Shown in pieces: positions 34,990-46,127 of a DNA stretch of 64,000 bases. The first letter of the stretch is position 1. Each line of letters begins with the position of its first letter. The position numbers were made by a program, and so were the translations under genes. The notes beneath the pieces are model-generated. The model made no database searches, was not told the origin of the DNA, and was given only the letters and a program-made list of their open reading frames with translations. This DNA comes from Pelagomonas calceolata (taxonomy: Eukaryota): positions 3,162,001 through 3,226,000 of the forward strand of contig CAKKNE010000003.1 of the NCBI GenBank assembly GCA_918797485.1, written 5' to 3'.

Positions 34990-36597
34990 TTACGCCGACA
35001 GGGTCCCCTTGCTCGACGCCACGCCGCCGCGCCGGCGGGGGTCGACCTCCACGGCCTCGCCCAGCGCGGCGCCGAAGGCGCCGAACGCCGCCAGCGCCAG
35101 GTTCGCCGTGTGGCCCGGCAGGCCGTCGTCGGCGACGCAGGCCAGGTGCAGCGTGCACCGGGCCTCGAGCGCCAGCGACTCGAGGGCGTGCGCGGCCATC
35201 TCGCTCGTCAGCGCGCGGCCGACCTCGCCCGGGCCCGGCGCCGCGTCCCCGAGGAACTCCTCGTCGAAGCGCAGGTCCGACGTCACGTGCGGCCGGTTCG
35301 ACAGGTCGAGCACGGCGCGCACCTCGCACGCCCCCACGCGCCGCGTCGCGAACGCCATGCGCCGCAGGCCCGCCTTGTCGCCGACGGCCTCGTGCAGGCA
35401 CTGGCCCAGCGAGATGGCGACGTCCTCGGCCGAGTGGTGGTCGTCGATGTGCCGGTCGCCGCGGCAGTGGACCTTGACCTTGACGGCGGCCGCGGCCGCG
35501 AACGCGTCGAGGAGCCGGTCGAGGCCGTCGACGCCCGTCGCGACGCGCGGCAGCGCGCGGATCGTCGCCTCGAGCTGCGCCGGCGTCTTCGCCGCGCCGT
35601 CCCAGGCCGCCTCCGCGCCCGCCGCGTCGTCGGCGGCGGCGTAGGCCGCGTCCAGGTCGACCTCGACGTCGATGGACGTCTCCTTCGTGACGCGCCGCCG
35701 CGCGCCCGTGCGGGCCGCGCCCGGCGGCGCCGCGGGCGCCGCGGCGCCGAGCCGGTCCAGGCCCTTCCGGAAGCAGCGCGCGAAGGCCTTGAAGGCCGAC
35801 TCGAGGACGTGGTGCGCGTTGTCGCCCCGCCAGCGCGCGAGCGCGACGGAGGCGCCCATGCCGCGCGCGACCGCGCGCCAGAAGACGGGCGTGTGGCGCG
35901 TCCGGAAGGTCCCGACGAACTCGCGGCCGCGGGGGCCCGCGGCGTGCGTGCCGTACGGCTCCAGCGCCACGTCGGCGCCGACCGACGCGCGGACGGGCGG
36001 GAACAGGCAGAGGCAGCACTCCGCGTAGGCCTCGTCCAGGGGGCAGAAGAAGCGCACGATGTCCACGTCGGGCGGCCGCGTCCGCGCGCGCAGCGCCACG
36101 CGCCGCAGCGCCCTGCCGAGCGCCTCGCCGCACGCGCCGACGATGTGCACGGCCTCGTCGGCGGCCGCGCCGAGCGGCTCGTTCGGCCGGGCCCACGGCC
36201 CGTCCCCGACGCGGCAGCGCAGCGCGACGCCCAGCTGGCCGTGCGACTGCAGCTGGTCGATCATGTGGTCGAGGAAGCAGATGCCCGTCGCGATCTCGCC
36301 CCGCGCGCCGAGGTCCTCGACCGTGCACTCGGCCGTCGCGAGCCGCGCCTGGACGGCGTGGGTCCTCGGCCCCGCCGCCGCGGGCGGCGGCGGCACGGCG
36401 AACGTGCTCTCGTCGGGCGTCGGCGGGCGCGCGGCCTCCTCCCACCCCCCGCTCGAGTACTCGTTCGACTCCGCGTCCCAGCTCCCGGCGTCCTCCTCGC
36501 TGCTCGACTCCTCGTCGCTCGCCGGCCGCGGCCGCCGCGGCTGCCGCGGCGGCAGCCGCGGCGGCCGAGGGTCCTCGGCGGTGCACTGTATAGGCAT
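34990..36597 (-). CDS. HIS3: Imidazoleglycerol-phosphate dehydratase with two tandem IGPD domains
   Basis: TGICFLDHMI, PLDEA, GDNAHHVLESAFKAFAR; then RVTKETSI, GDRHIDDHHSAEDVAISLG, LDLSNRPH, VASSKGTL. Confidence 0.9.
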   Translation of the reverse strand: MPIQCTAEDPRPPRLPPRQPRRPRPASDEESSSEEDAGSWDAESNEYSSGGWEEAARPPTPDESTFAVPPPPAAAGPRTHAVQARLATAECTVEDLGARGEIATGICFLDHMIDQLQSHGQLGVALRCRVGDGPWARPNEPLGAAADEAVHIVGACGEALGRALRRVALRARTRPPDVDIVRFFCPLDEAYAECCLCLFPPVRASVGADVALEPYGTHAAGPRGREFVGTFRTRHTPVFWRAVARGMGASVALARWRGDNAHHVLESAFKAFARCFRKGLDRLGAAAPAAPPGAARTGARRRVTKETSIDVEVDLDAAYAAADDAAGAEAAWDGAAKTPAQLEATIRALPRVATGVDGLDRLLDAFAAAAAVKVKVHCRGDRHIDDHHSAEDVAISLGQCLHEAVGDKAGLRRMAFATRRVGACEVRAVLDLSNRPHVTSDLRFDEEFLGDAAPGPGEVGRALTSEMAAHALESLALEARCTLHLACVADDGLPGHTANLALAAFGAFGAALGEAVEVDPRRRGGVASSKGTLSA

Positions 36598-36947
36598 GCG
36601 ACGGACCAACCAATGCGTCACTAGCCGACCGTCTCTGGTGCCAGGGAAAGGCCTCTCCGTCTATCTAGCTGTTTTTTGCCCAAATAGAGCTAGCTATTCA
36701 ATGCTGGGGGCAAAAATCGGGTTAGGCCGCGTGTAACCCTGCGCAGGTGTTTATCTAGCGGTCTAAGACGCTAGCAAGCAAGTTGTCTGTCAAGCAAAAG
36801 GCTTTGGCGGACAGCCCCGGCACCGCACGAAGGCGCGGGGCAGCGTCGAACGCCAGAAGCGATCGTCATGTCCTCGGACGCCAGCCAGAGCGGCCAGCCC
36901 AAGCGAACCGTAGGCTTGAGCCCACAGAGAGCAACACACACCACCAC

Positions 36948-38315
36948 ATGCTGAGTGCCAGCGAAACAGACCGCACGACGGTCGAAGCTCGTCCTCGAGC
37001 AGAGGCGGAGCAGCTCCTCGAGGACAACTTACAGCTCAAGCGCCACAAGCTCGAGGAGGCATCGACCTGCGACGGCGTCGTAAAGCTCATCAAAAGATAC
37101 GACCGTGACCGCCACGCGACACTCGACGAGCTTAACGCCGGCTTGGCGGGCATCATCTCGCGGCGAACAAAGCTGAGACGCGAACGCCGCATCCGGGATG
37201 AGTGGGAGGCTGAAGTCGTGGCCTTGCAGGCGCAGGTCCATGCGGATGGGCCCAGGTACAAGAGGCTCCGGAACATCAAGCAAAAGATTGCGGCCGATCT
37301 GGAGCGAGACAAGCAGCAAGTCAAGCAGCGGCAGGCGTCGGTCGACGAGACGACGGCCGCGCGGCCGCCGCACAGCGTCAGTGTCACCCCCTTGGAACTA
37401 GAATTTTGGGTCAATGGAAAAGTAGATGCCAACGACACATCACTTGCCGATTTAAAAGCCCTCGAGCTGGGGGACCACCCCAAAGAAGCCATCACGCATT
37501 TACGCGGGCTGAAAAAGGGGCGCCGCGAGCTCCAAACAAAGTTTAAACGAGAAGCAAACTATTGGAGTCGCGCATATCGAGAAATTGCCAGACGGGGCCA
37601 CAAGGTTCTCTTTTTCCTTTGCGAAAGACTAAACATCCACGTGATCGACCCGCCCTTGGAAGATGCGGCAGCAGAGGACACCAAAGTTCGCCCCCTTGAC
37701 TTCGTCACGACGGTTCCTTCCCACGACGCAAAGCACGGAGACGTCGTGTTCGAGAGCGAATGCAAGGCTGCCTTCCGTTATTTCCCTAGGGTGGGTGCGA
37801 CCTGGAAAGCCACCGAGCCGCCGGTGGCCAAGGCGCTACGGGAAAGCGAAATAAACGAGGACGTGCACGCGACACGCCCCGGACTCGCCAAAATACTGCG
37901 CATGTGTACTTACTTATCAGCCTTCAATCTGAACAAGGTGAAAAACGACGAGAAATGCGTCATGCGCTACGTGGACGAGAAGGAGGTCAGTTTGTGCCCC
38001 AGAAACGACGAGAACGTCTGCGTTTGCGACCGCGACGGGAATGCCGTGCTGCGGCTCTTACGGTGGAAAGGCGAGGCTGAAGAAGTCAATCAGGTGGCGA
38101 CGCAGCTTGCAAAGTTCGAAGACGCCGACGATCTGGGAATTGATAAGTATGTCGGTGACCGGGCAAGGAGAGCGGCGTCCTACTCTACGTCGACAAGGCC
38201 TTCATGTGACAGTCTCGTCACGTGCCCTTCGTTCGACGGCCGTCGTCGTGAGAGCTCGAAGCCTTTGTTCTACCGCAGGCCTCGGCGTACGACACGTATT
38301 ACAAGGCGTCGGTAA
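36948..38315 (+). CDS. Orphan coiled-coil ORF with relaxed codon bias; 3' end probably degraded
   Basis: Long ORF of lower GC than its neighbours; no motif recognised. Confidence 0.5.
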   Translation: MLSASETDRTTVEARPRAEAEQLLEDNLQLKRHKLEEASTCDGVVKLIKRYDRDRHATLDELNAGLAGIISRRTKLRRERRIRDEWEAEVVALQAQVHADGPRYKRLRNIKQKIAADLERDKQQVKQRQASVDETTAARPPHSVSVTPLELEFWVNGKVDANDTSLADLKALELGDHPKEAITHLRGLKKGRRELQTKFKREANYWSRAYREIARRGHKVLFFLCERLNIHVIDPPLEDAAAEDTKVRPLDFVTTVPSHDAKHGDVVFESECKAAFRYFPRVGATWKATEPPVAKALRESEINEDVHATRPGLAKILRMCTYLSAFNLNKVKNDEKCVMRYVDEKEVSLCPRNDENVCVCDRDGNAVLRLLRWKGEAEEVNQVATQLAKFEDADDLGIDKYVGDRARRAASYSTSTRPSCDSLVTCPSFDGRRRESSKPLFYRRPRRTTRITRRR

Positions 38316-38786
38316 CCCCTTATACTTACCAAGAGGGTTCCAGGAAGAGTATGGACGCATATGTTCATAGATCTTCTAGAAATAAACCATGGCGGGCGGA
38401 TCGCGGCGCCCTGCTGCGCCGCATGCTCGCGGAGGGCCTCGAGATCGTCTTCTCGTGCGTCAAGGCGCCGTGGTTCGACGCGTCCGAGCCCACAAAACCA
38501 AGAAACTGAGCGGACCGCTCTCCCGAGAGAAACAGAGCCGAGCAAATCTTCACAAGCGAGTACGACGACTAGTTACTCGGTTTTGGGGACGCTAGCCTAG
38601 TCCCGGGGGGATGGACGCCTAGACCCTGGCCTCTACAGGTCCGGATCCACAAGCGAGTAAAACCCGTAAAACCCGCTAGGCCCAGAGGGGGGGATTCAAG
38701 CCTCGCCCTCTGTCCTGGCCTGCCCCTGTCCTGAACCGTGACCGCTGCGAGCATCGCGGAGCCCGGGAGCACGCAAGCTGCGCACG

Positions 38787-41700
38787 ATGCATTTCGTGCA
38801 GTTCACCTTGAACCCCCCGGCGGCAGTCGTCGCCGCGGCCTTCGGCTCGTTCTCGGCCGGGCGCGCGCAGGAGGTGGTCGTCGCGCGGCAGGGCGGCGCG
38901 CTCGAGCTGCTCCGGCCCGACGAGGCCACGGGCCGCCTCGCGACCGTGGCCAGCACGGCGACGTTCAGCTGCGTGCGCGCGCTCTGCGCCGTGCGGCCGA
39001 CGGGCGCGGCCACGGACGACGTCGCCGTTGCGTCGGACGCCGGCACGCTGACGGTGCTGCGCTTCGACGCCGCCAGGGGGGCCTGGACGCGCATCCACTG
39101 CGAGACGTTCGGCAAGACGGGCTGCCGGCGCGCGGTGCCCGGCCAGTACCTCGCGGCCGACCCGCGCGGCCGCGCGGTCATGGTCGCCGCGGTCGAGCGC
39201 ACGAAGCTCGTGTACACGCTGAACCGCGACGCCGCCGGCGCGCCCACCATCAGCTCGCCGCTCGAGGCGCACAAGGCGCGCTGCGTCGTCTTCGACGTCG
39301 TCGCGCTCGACGTCGGCTTCGACAACCCGTGCTTCGCGGCGCTCGAGCTCGACTACGGCGACGCCGACGCCGACGCGAGCGGCGAGGCGGCGCGCGACGC
39401 CGAGAAGGTGCTCACCTACTACGAGCTCGACCTCGGCCTCAACCACGTGACGCGCCGCTGGAGCGAGCCCGTCGCGCGCACGGCCAACGTGCTCGCGGCG
39501 GCGCCCGGCGGCGGCGACGGCCCGAGCGGCGTGCTGGTCTGCGGCGAGAACTGGGTCGCCTTCAAGCACGAGGGCCACGCCGAGGTCCGCGCGCCGCTGC
39601 CGCGGCGCGCGGGCTTCCCGGCGGCGCGCGGGCTGCTGGCGACGCGCGTGGCGGCGCACCGCCAGCGCGACCTCTTCTTCTTCCTCGTGCAGAGCGAGCT
39701 GGGGGACCTCTACAAGGTGACGCTCGCGTGGGGCGCCGCCGGCGTGACCGACGTGCGCGTGTCCGTCTTCGACACGCTCTTCCCGGCGAGCGCGCTGTGC
39801 ATCACGCGCAACGGGCTGCTCTACGCGGCCGCGGAGGCGGGCGACCACGCCCTGTTCCAGTTCCGGGGCGTCGGCGACGGCGCCGACGACGCGGCCGCGG
39901 GCGCGGTCTTCGACCCGAGCCTCGGCGACGACGGCCCGGGCGCGGCCAAGGTCGCGCCCGCCTTCCGGCCCGCGCCCCTGCGGAACCTGGCGCCGCTGGA
40001 CCGGCCCGAGTCGCTCGGCGGCGCGACGGCGCTCGAGGTCCTCGCGGCGGCGGGCGGCGCCCAGGACGACGCGCGGCTGGCCGTCGCGTGCGGCCGCGGC
40101 GCCCGGTCCTCGCTCCGCCTGCTCCGCCGCGGCGTCGGCGTGGCCGAGGTCGCCGCCTCGCCCCTGCCCGGCCGGCCCGCGGCCGTGTGGACGCTGCGGG
40201 GCGGCGCGCAGGACGCGTACGACCGGCACATCGTCGTGAGCTTCACGAACGCGACGCTGGTGCTGCGCGTGGGCGACGCCGTGGAGGAGGTCGGCGACTC
40301 GGGGTTCCTCGCGTCGGAGGCGACGCTCGCGGCGGCGCTGCTCGCGGACGGCGCGCTCGTCCAGGCGCACGCGGCGGGCGTGCGGCGGGTCGGCCCGGCG
40401 GGCGCCGCGGGCGCCGCGGCGCCGAGCGAGTGGCGGCCGCCGGGCGGCGAGCGCGTCGTGGCGGCCGCCGCGAACGAGCGCCAGGTGGCCGTGGCCCTGG
40501 GCGGCGGCGACGTCGTCTACTTCGAGCTCGACGCGAGCGGCGCGCTCGCGGAGCTCGGGGCCAAGGGCCTTGGCGGCGCCGCCGCGGCGCTGGACCTGGG
40601 GCCGGTGCCCCCGGGGCGGGCGCGGTTCCCCTTCCTGGCCGCGGGCGGCGCCGACGGGCGGCTCCGGCTCCTCTCGCTCGCGCCCGACGACCTCCTCGCC
40701 CAGGTCGCGCTCGTGGACCTGGGCGCGCCGTGCGCGGGCCTCGCGTTCGTGGCCCTCGGCGACGACGACCTGGAGCTCTGCGCGGGCCTGGGCAACGGCG
40801 TGCTGCGGCGCGTGCGCGTCGACGCGCGGACGGGCGCGCTCGGCGACGCGCGCGCGCGCTTCCTGGGCGGCCGCGCGGTGCGGCTCGCGCGCGTGACGCA
40901 CGGCGGCCGGGCCGCGTGCGTCGCGCTCGCCGGCCGCGCGTGGCTGGGGGCCCCGCGCGGCGGCGCCGCCGCCGCCGCCGGCGACGGCGCCGCCGCCGCC
41001 GGCGCGGCGCTCGCGTGGGCGCCGCTCGCCTACGACGCGCTGGAGCACGCCGCGCCCTTCGCGTCGCCGCGCTGCGCCGAGGGCGTGGTGGCCGTCGCGG
41101 GCGCGTCGCTGCGCATCTTCGTGTGCGACGCCGCGACCCAGGGCGAGTTCACGCAAGCCGTCGTGCCGCTGCGCTACACGCCGCGGCGGCTCTGCGCGCT
41201 GCCGCCGGCCGGCGCCGCGCCGCGCGTGCTCGTGGTGGAGGCCGACCAGCACCGGTACAACGAGGCCGAGCGGCGCGCGCTGGCCGCCGCGCGGCGCGTC
41301 GCGCGCGACGGCGACATGGACACGGGGGACGACGACGACGACGCCGCCGACGACGCCGGCCCCGTGCCGCCCGCGCCGGGCAAGTGGGCCTCGTGCGTGC
41401 GCGTCGTCGACGCCGCGAGCGGCGCCACGCTCGAGCTCCTGGAGCTGGGCGAGTCGGAGGCGGCCCTCTCGTGCTGCTGCGTGCGCTTCGCGGGCCGCGG
41501 CAACGAGGCCTTCGTCGCGGTGGGCACGGCGCGCGCGCTGACGTTCCACCCGCGCACGTTCACGGAGTGCGCCGTGCACGTCTACCGGCTCCTCGACGCG
41601 CGGCTCGTCCTCCTGCACCGGACGCCCGTCGAGGCGCCGCCGCTGGCCCTCGCGGCGTTCCGGGGCCGGCTGCTCGTCGCCGTCGGCGCGAGCGCGCGGC

Positions 41701-42446
41701 TGTACGACCTGGGGAAGCGCAAGCTGCTGCGCAAGGCCGAGACGCGCGTGGCGCCGGCGCTCGTCGTCCGCGTGGCCGTCGTCGGCGACCGCGCGTTCTG
41801 CGGCGACGCGCTGCACGGCGTGTCGCTCGTGCGCTACGCGCGCGAGCGCAACGCGCTCGTCGTGGTGGCGGAGGACGCGGCGCCGCGCGGCGTCACGGCC
41901 CTCGCCGCGCTCGACTACGACACCGTCGCGGTGGCCGACAAGTGCGGCGGCGTCACCGTGCTCCGCGCGCCGGCCGACGCCGACGCCGCCGGCGACGCCG
42001 CCGCCGGGGGCGCGGCGCGCGCGCTCCTCGGCGAGGCGGCCGGCGGCGGCGCGGCGGCGCTCGCGCCCGTCGCGCGCTACCACGTCGGCGACGTGGTCAC
42101 GGCGCTGCGGCGCGCGGCGCTCGGCGCCGGCGGCGCCGAGGTCGTCGCGTACGCGACGGTGTCGGGCGCCGTCGGCGCGCTCGCGCCCTCGCCGTCGCGC
42201 GACGACCGCGACTTCTTCGCGCACCTCGAGATGCACGTGCGCCAGGAGCGGCTGGCGCCGACGGGCCGCGACCACGCCTCCTACCGCAGCTCCTACGCGC
42301 CCGCCAAGGACGTCGCCGACGGAGACCTTTGCGCGGAGTTCCTCGCGCTGCCCGCGGACGCGCGCCGCCGCGTCGCCGCCGACCTCGACCGCACGCCGGC
42401 GGACGTCGCCAAGAAGCTGGAGGACGCGCGGAACCGAGTCCTCTAG
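38787..42446 (+). CDS. SF3B3: Splicing factor 3B subunit 3 (SAP130/Rse1)
   Basis: HCETFGKTGCRRAVPGQYLAADPRGRA, TISSPLEAHK, YELDLGLNHV, GRDHASYRSSYAPAKDVADGDLC. Confidence 0.96.
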   Translation: MHFVQFTLNPPAAVVAAAFGSFSAGRAQEVVVARQGGALELLRPDEATGRLATVASTATFSCVRALCAVRPTGAATDDVAVASDAGTLTVLRFDAARGAWTRIHCETFGKTGCRRAVPGQYLAADPRGRAVMVAAVERTKLVYTLNRDAAGAPTISSPLEAHKARCVVFDVVALDVGFDNPCFAALELDYGDADADASGEAARDAEKVLTYYELDLGLNHVTRRWSEPVARTANVLAAAPGGGDGPSGVLVCGENWVAFKHEGHAEVRAPLPRRAGFPAARGLLATRVAAHRQRDLFFFLVQSELGDLYKVTLAWGAAGVTDVRVSVFDTLFPASALCITRNGLLYAAAEAGDHALFQFRGVGDGADDAAAGAVFDPSLGDDGPGAAKVAPAFRPAPLRNLAPLDRPESLGGATALEVLAAAGGAQDDARLAVACGRGARSSLRLLRRGVGVAEVAASPLPGRPAAVWTLRGGAQDAYDRHIVVSFTNATLVLRVGDAVEEVGDSGFLASEATLAAALLADGALVQAHAAGVRRVGPAGAAGAAAPSEWRPPGGERVVAAAANERQVAVALGGGDVVYFELDASGALAELGAKGLGGAAAALDLGPVPPGRARFPFLAAGGADGRLRLLSLAPDDLLAQVALVDLGAPCAGLAFVALGDDDLELCAGLGNGVLRRVRVDARTGALGDARARFLGGRAVRLARVTHGGRAACVALAGRAWLGAPRGGAAAAAGDGAAAAGAALAWAPLAYDALEHAAPFASPRCAEGVVAVAGASLRIFVCDAATQGEFTQAVVPLRYTPRRLCALPPAGAAPRVLVVEADQHRYNEAERRALAAARRVARDGDMDTGDDDDDAADDAGPVPPAPGKWASCVRVVDAASGATLELLELGESEAALSCCCVRFAGRGNEAFVAVGTARALTFHPRTFTECAVHVYRLLDARLVLLHRTPVEAPPLALAAFRGRLLVAVGASARLYDLGKRKLLRKAETRVAPALVVRVAVVGDRAFCGDALHGVSLVRYARERNALVVVAEDAAPRGVTALAALDYDTVAVADKCGGVTVLRAPADADAAGDAAAGGAARALLGEAAGGGAAALAPVARYHVGDVVTALRRAALGAGGAEVVAYATVSGAVGALAPSPSRDDRDFFAHLEMHVRQERLAPTGRDHASYRSSYAPAKDVADGDLCAEFLALPADARRRVAADLDRTPADVAKKLEDARNRVL

Positions 42447-42626
42447 GTCATTCCCTCCCCCTCCTCCTCTCGATCCCGCCGGAACTAACGTCTCTGGCGA
42501 ACCCAAGGGATGGACAGGAAGTATATAAACTTGAACTTCAAGTTGAAACCCCTACTACTGGGGGACCCACCCGCCGACTCGGACCGAAAAGTTATACAGG
42601 CGCGCGCCGCCGCGGCGAGGGCGAGC

Positions 42627-44057
42627 TCAGAGCGCGTCGAGCGCGATCTTGAGGGCGCGGACGAGGTCCCCGGCGTCCTCGACGCCGCACGACAGCCGGA
42701 TGAAGCCGTCGGTGATGCCGACCTTGAGCCTGTCTTCGGGGAGCATGTTCGCGTGCGTCATCACGGAGGGGCACGTGATGATCGACTCCACCGCGCCCAG
42801 GTTCTCGCAGAGCGACCAGGGCCGCTGGCAGGTGTCCATGAGCCGGCGGCCGGCGGCGCTGCCGCCCTTGACCTCGCACCAGAGCATGCCGCCGTGGAAG
42901 CCCCCGGCGTGCTGCCGCGCGGCCAGCTCGGCCTGCGGGAACGACGCGAGGCCCGGGTAGACGACGCGCGCGACCTTGGGGTGCGTCTCGAGGAAGGTCG
43001 CGACCTTGAGCGCGTTCGCGGCCTGCGCGCGGCAGCGGACGCCCATCGTCTTCGACGACTGGAGCGTGAGGAAGGCGGTGTGCGGCGCCATGATGTTGCC
43101 GTGCACGTTGCGCCAGAAGTGGAGCCGCTCGGCCAGCGCCGCGGTCTTCGCGGAGACGACGCCGCCGACCGTCATGTTGTGCCCGTCGAAGTACTTGGTC
43201 GTGGAGTGCAGGCTGAGGTCGCAGCCGAGCGCGAGCGGCCGGAGCATGAGCGGCGTCGCGAACGTCGCGTCGCAGCAGTGCAGCGCGCCGCGGGCCCTGG
43301 CGACCGCGGAGACCGCCGCCAGGTCGGTCAGCGTCAGCGTCGGGTTCGCCGGCGTCTCGCTGAAGACGAGCTTGGTGTTGGGGCGGCACGCCGCCGCCAC
43401 CGCGTCGGCGTCGCGGAAGTCGACGAAGCTGAACTCGACGCCGAACTTGCCGAAGAGCTCGCGCGCCGCGCGGTTCGTGCCGCCGTAGGAGCAGTCCGTG
43501 AGCACGCAGTGGTCGCCCTGCGAGAGGAACGCCGACATGACGGTCACCTGCGCGCACATCGACCGGCGGGTCGGGCGCGCCCGACGGCTCCCCGCGAACT
43601 CGTTGCTCCGCGGCGGCGCGGCCCCGCGGGCCGGGCCGGGCGGCGCGGGCGCCGCCACGCCGTCGAGCGGACGACGGCGCCGCGGCCCTTGGTTCGCGCG
43701 CGCCGGCGGTCGCGGTGGCCGCCATGCCCGTCGCGAAGCAGCAGCTGCCGGCGGCGCCCTCGAGCTCGGCGACCTTGGCCTCGAGCACGGCGACGGTCGG
43801 GTTCGTCGTGCGGCTGTAGCTGTAGCCCTTGGCCATGTACGCGTCGATCGACTCCTGCACGAAGGTCGTCGACTGGTGGATCGGCGTCAGGATGCCGCCC
43901 GTCGCGGCGTCTGGAGCCACTCCCGCATGCACGAGAGCCGTGTCCTGCGTAAATCGACCGGGCGTCAGGCTACCCTGATGGTGGTGCCAGGGACAACTTG
44001 ATTTCCCGCACGGCGTGTCGCCTGCGCCCTCTCGCCTTCAATCCACGTGCCACTCAT
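42627..44057 (-). CDS. Cys/Met metabolism PLP enzyme (cystathionine gamma-lyase/synthase family); introns 43945-44021 and 43548-43713
   Basis: TPIHQSTTF, YSRTTNPT, TGMAA, ETPANP, DATFATP, HSTTKYFDGH, ENLGAVES, IRLSCGVED. Confidence 0.92.
43548..43713 (-). mobile_element. GC-AG introner-type intron
   Basis: TSD GCGACCGC / GTGACCGT (6/8); CGGCGCGCGC...GTGCGCGCAG; splicing restores GMAATVTVMS. Confidence 0.8.
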
Positions 44058-45006
44058 CGTTGTTGGATGCCTTTGAAAGCCTGCACCTCTCCGTGGCACT
44101 GCAAGCGTATTGCTTTGGCACGGCTTCGCAGCGCTTGTGGATTTGCTACAGCGTGAGCGCTGAGCGAGATTGCCGTAGCTAAGAGAGACGCACCTCGCAC
44201 CTAGCGACAGAGACGGCCGGGCCGCGCGCGCGCGGGGGGGTACGCGCGGCGCAAACTCCTGAAGGGATCGGGGTACCCATCATGATGTTAGTAGTACCAG
44301 TAGTTTCAGCATCGAGTAAAACTTATTGCCTAAAGGCTCGGTGTTCGTTCGTCCTTTTTTTTATTATGGATTGGGAAGGTATCAAATTGTGTTAGGTCTG
44401 TTCCCAGAGGTATATACTGCAGTGGATAGACAAGCATCTGAGACAGCTTACCAAATTGTGCGAAAAGAATGAACATTTTCTCCACAGTGGGTGTAAAATC
44501 TGTCCACAGTGGGTGTAAAATCTGAATCTTGCTCGCTTTGTGAGATAATCTCCATGATTTCCGAGCTTTTGTCTCTAATTTCAGGTACAAGAGGTTGGTT
44601 GTCCCAGGCATGTACCAGTTTGAGGAGTCTGCATTGCAAGGGGCCACAGGAATTGACCAGTGATTTGCTTGTGCGGGAGACACCACATAGTAAGCTTGAT
44701 AAATACAGTGTGACACAAATCATAGCTGATACAAAATCTTCAGAGTTGAGCAAAACTTGTGATTGTGTTAAGACTTGTATATCATCGGAGCCAAAATTCG
44801 GTTGAAGAGTGACATGGTGTGCCGGAAAACAGGCACACCGTTATTATAACGTGGCCAAGTGACGATGCGAAGCCTCATGATGCAACTGGACGGCTGAAAC
44901 AATTCCTCATAAACGGGAAGATAAAGAGAGATTTTGATCACAATCATACAGAGAAGCTGAAGCGGAGACCTTTCCTTCAGCAATTACACGTGGTTCTACC
45001 GAGGTA

Positions 45007-45992
45007 TTGACAGGGCTGGCACATGATCCCGATCCTGGGATAGCTAATGCGGCGAAGCGAGCACTCGTTAAGAAAAGGTTTGGCTACAATGGTATGCGCC
45101 TCAAGGGCGCATTGGTAGGTGATTCCGAGGATGACAACGTCAAGGCCAAGGTGAAGGTTGCAGTCGACGAGTTTCTGTTAGGCTATGACTACGAACTGAA
45201 ACGCGGCTTGGGCTTGATAAGGGCACTCAAACAGTTTGCTACGGGCGAAGACGAGGAACTGGCCCGGATGGCGAACAAGGCGCTGCATGGCGACGAAACG
45301 GTGGCCGCCGCCTCGAAGAAGGCCGCCGCCGCCGAGAAGAAGAAGGCCGCCGTCGTCGCGCCGGACCCGGCGCGCGCGCCGACGGAGACGACCTCCAAGT
45401 TCTGGGGCGTGAATTGGGATCGGAGAGACAAGAAGTGGCGGGCGCAGTATCAAGACGCGGACGGCAAGCGGCACACGATCGGCTACTTCGACGACGAGGA
45501 GGAGGCAGCGCGCGCGTACAATAAAGCGATCAACGAAGCGGGCCTCGAAGGGCGACGCAAGACGAACGCGGTCGATGCGACGGGAGCGCTGGTGCCCCGC
45601 GAGCACACGATAAGGCGCGACCGCGCCTCCCGCCGTCGGCGACGACGTCCAAGTTCTGGGGCGTGAGTTGGCACAAGCAGAACCGACGGTGGCTTGCGCA
45701 ATACACCGACGCGAACGGCAAGCGGCGCTGCATCGGCTACTTCGACACCCAGGAGGCAGCCGCGCACGCCGTCAACGCGGCGATCCGCCGCTCGGGCCTC
45801 GAAGGCCGCCGCCACACGAACCCGGTCGTCGACGGGCAGCTGGTGCCGCCCGAGAAGTACAATGCACCCGGCCAAGGGCGCAAGAAGCACCGCCGCGACG
45901 AGCCCTCCGCCGCCGCGCCGTCGCCGCGCGCCCGCCGCGCGCGCCGCGCCATCGACTACGCTGCCATGGAGGACCCGGACTTCGAGGCCTGA
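45007..45992 (+). pseudogene. AP2-like repeat protein (2 domains), frameshifted near 45630
   Basis: SKFWGVNW..KKWRAQYQDADGKRHTIGYFDDEEEAARAYN repeated in a second frame. Confidence 0.75.
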
Positions 45993-46127
45993 CTCCGACT
46001 CGCGCGGCTAGGCACTTGCTAAGACTGTACATTACACCACACGACCTCTACACACGACCCCAAAATAGATAGAACTCAGACGTACTTCTTCGCCTCGTCG
46101 TACAACACGAGCACGAGCGCCGACGCA

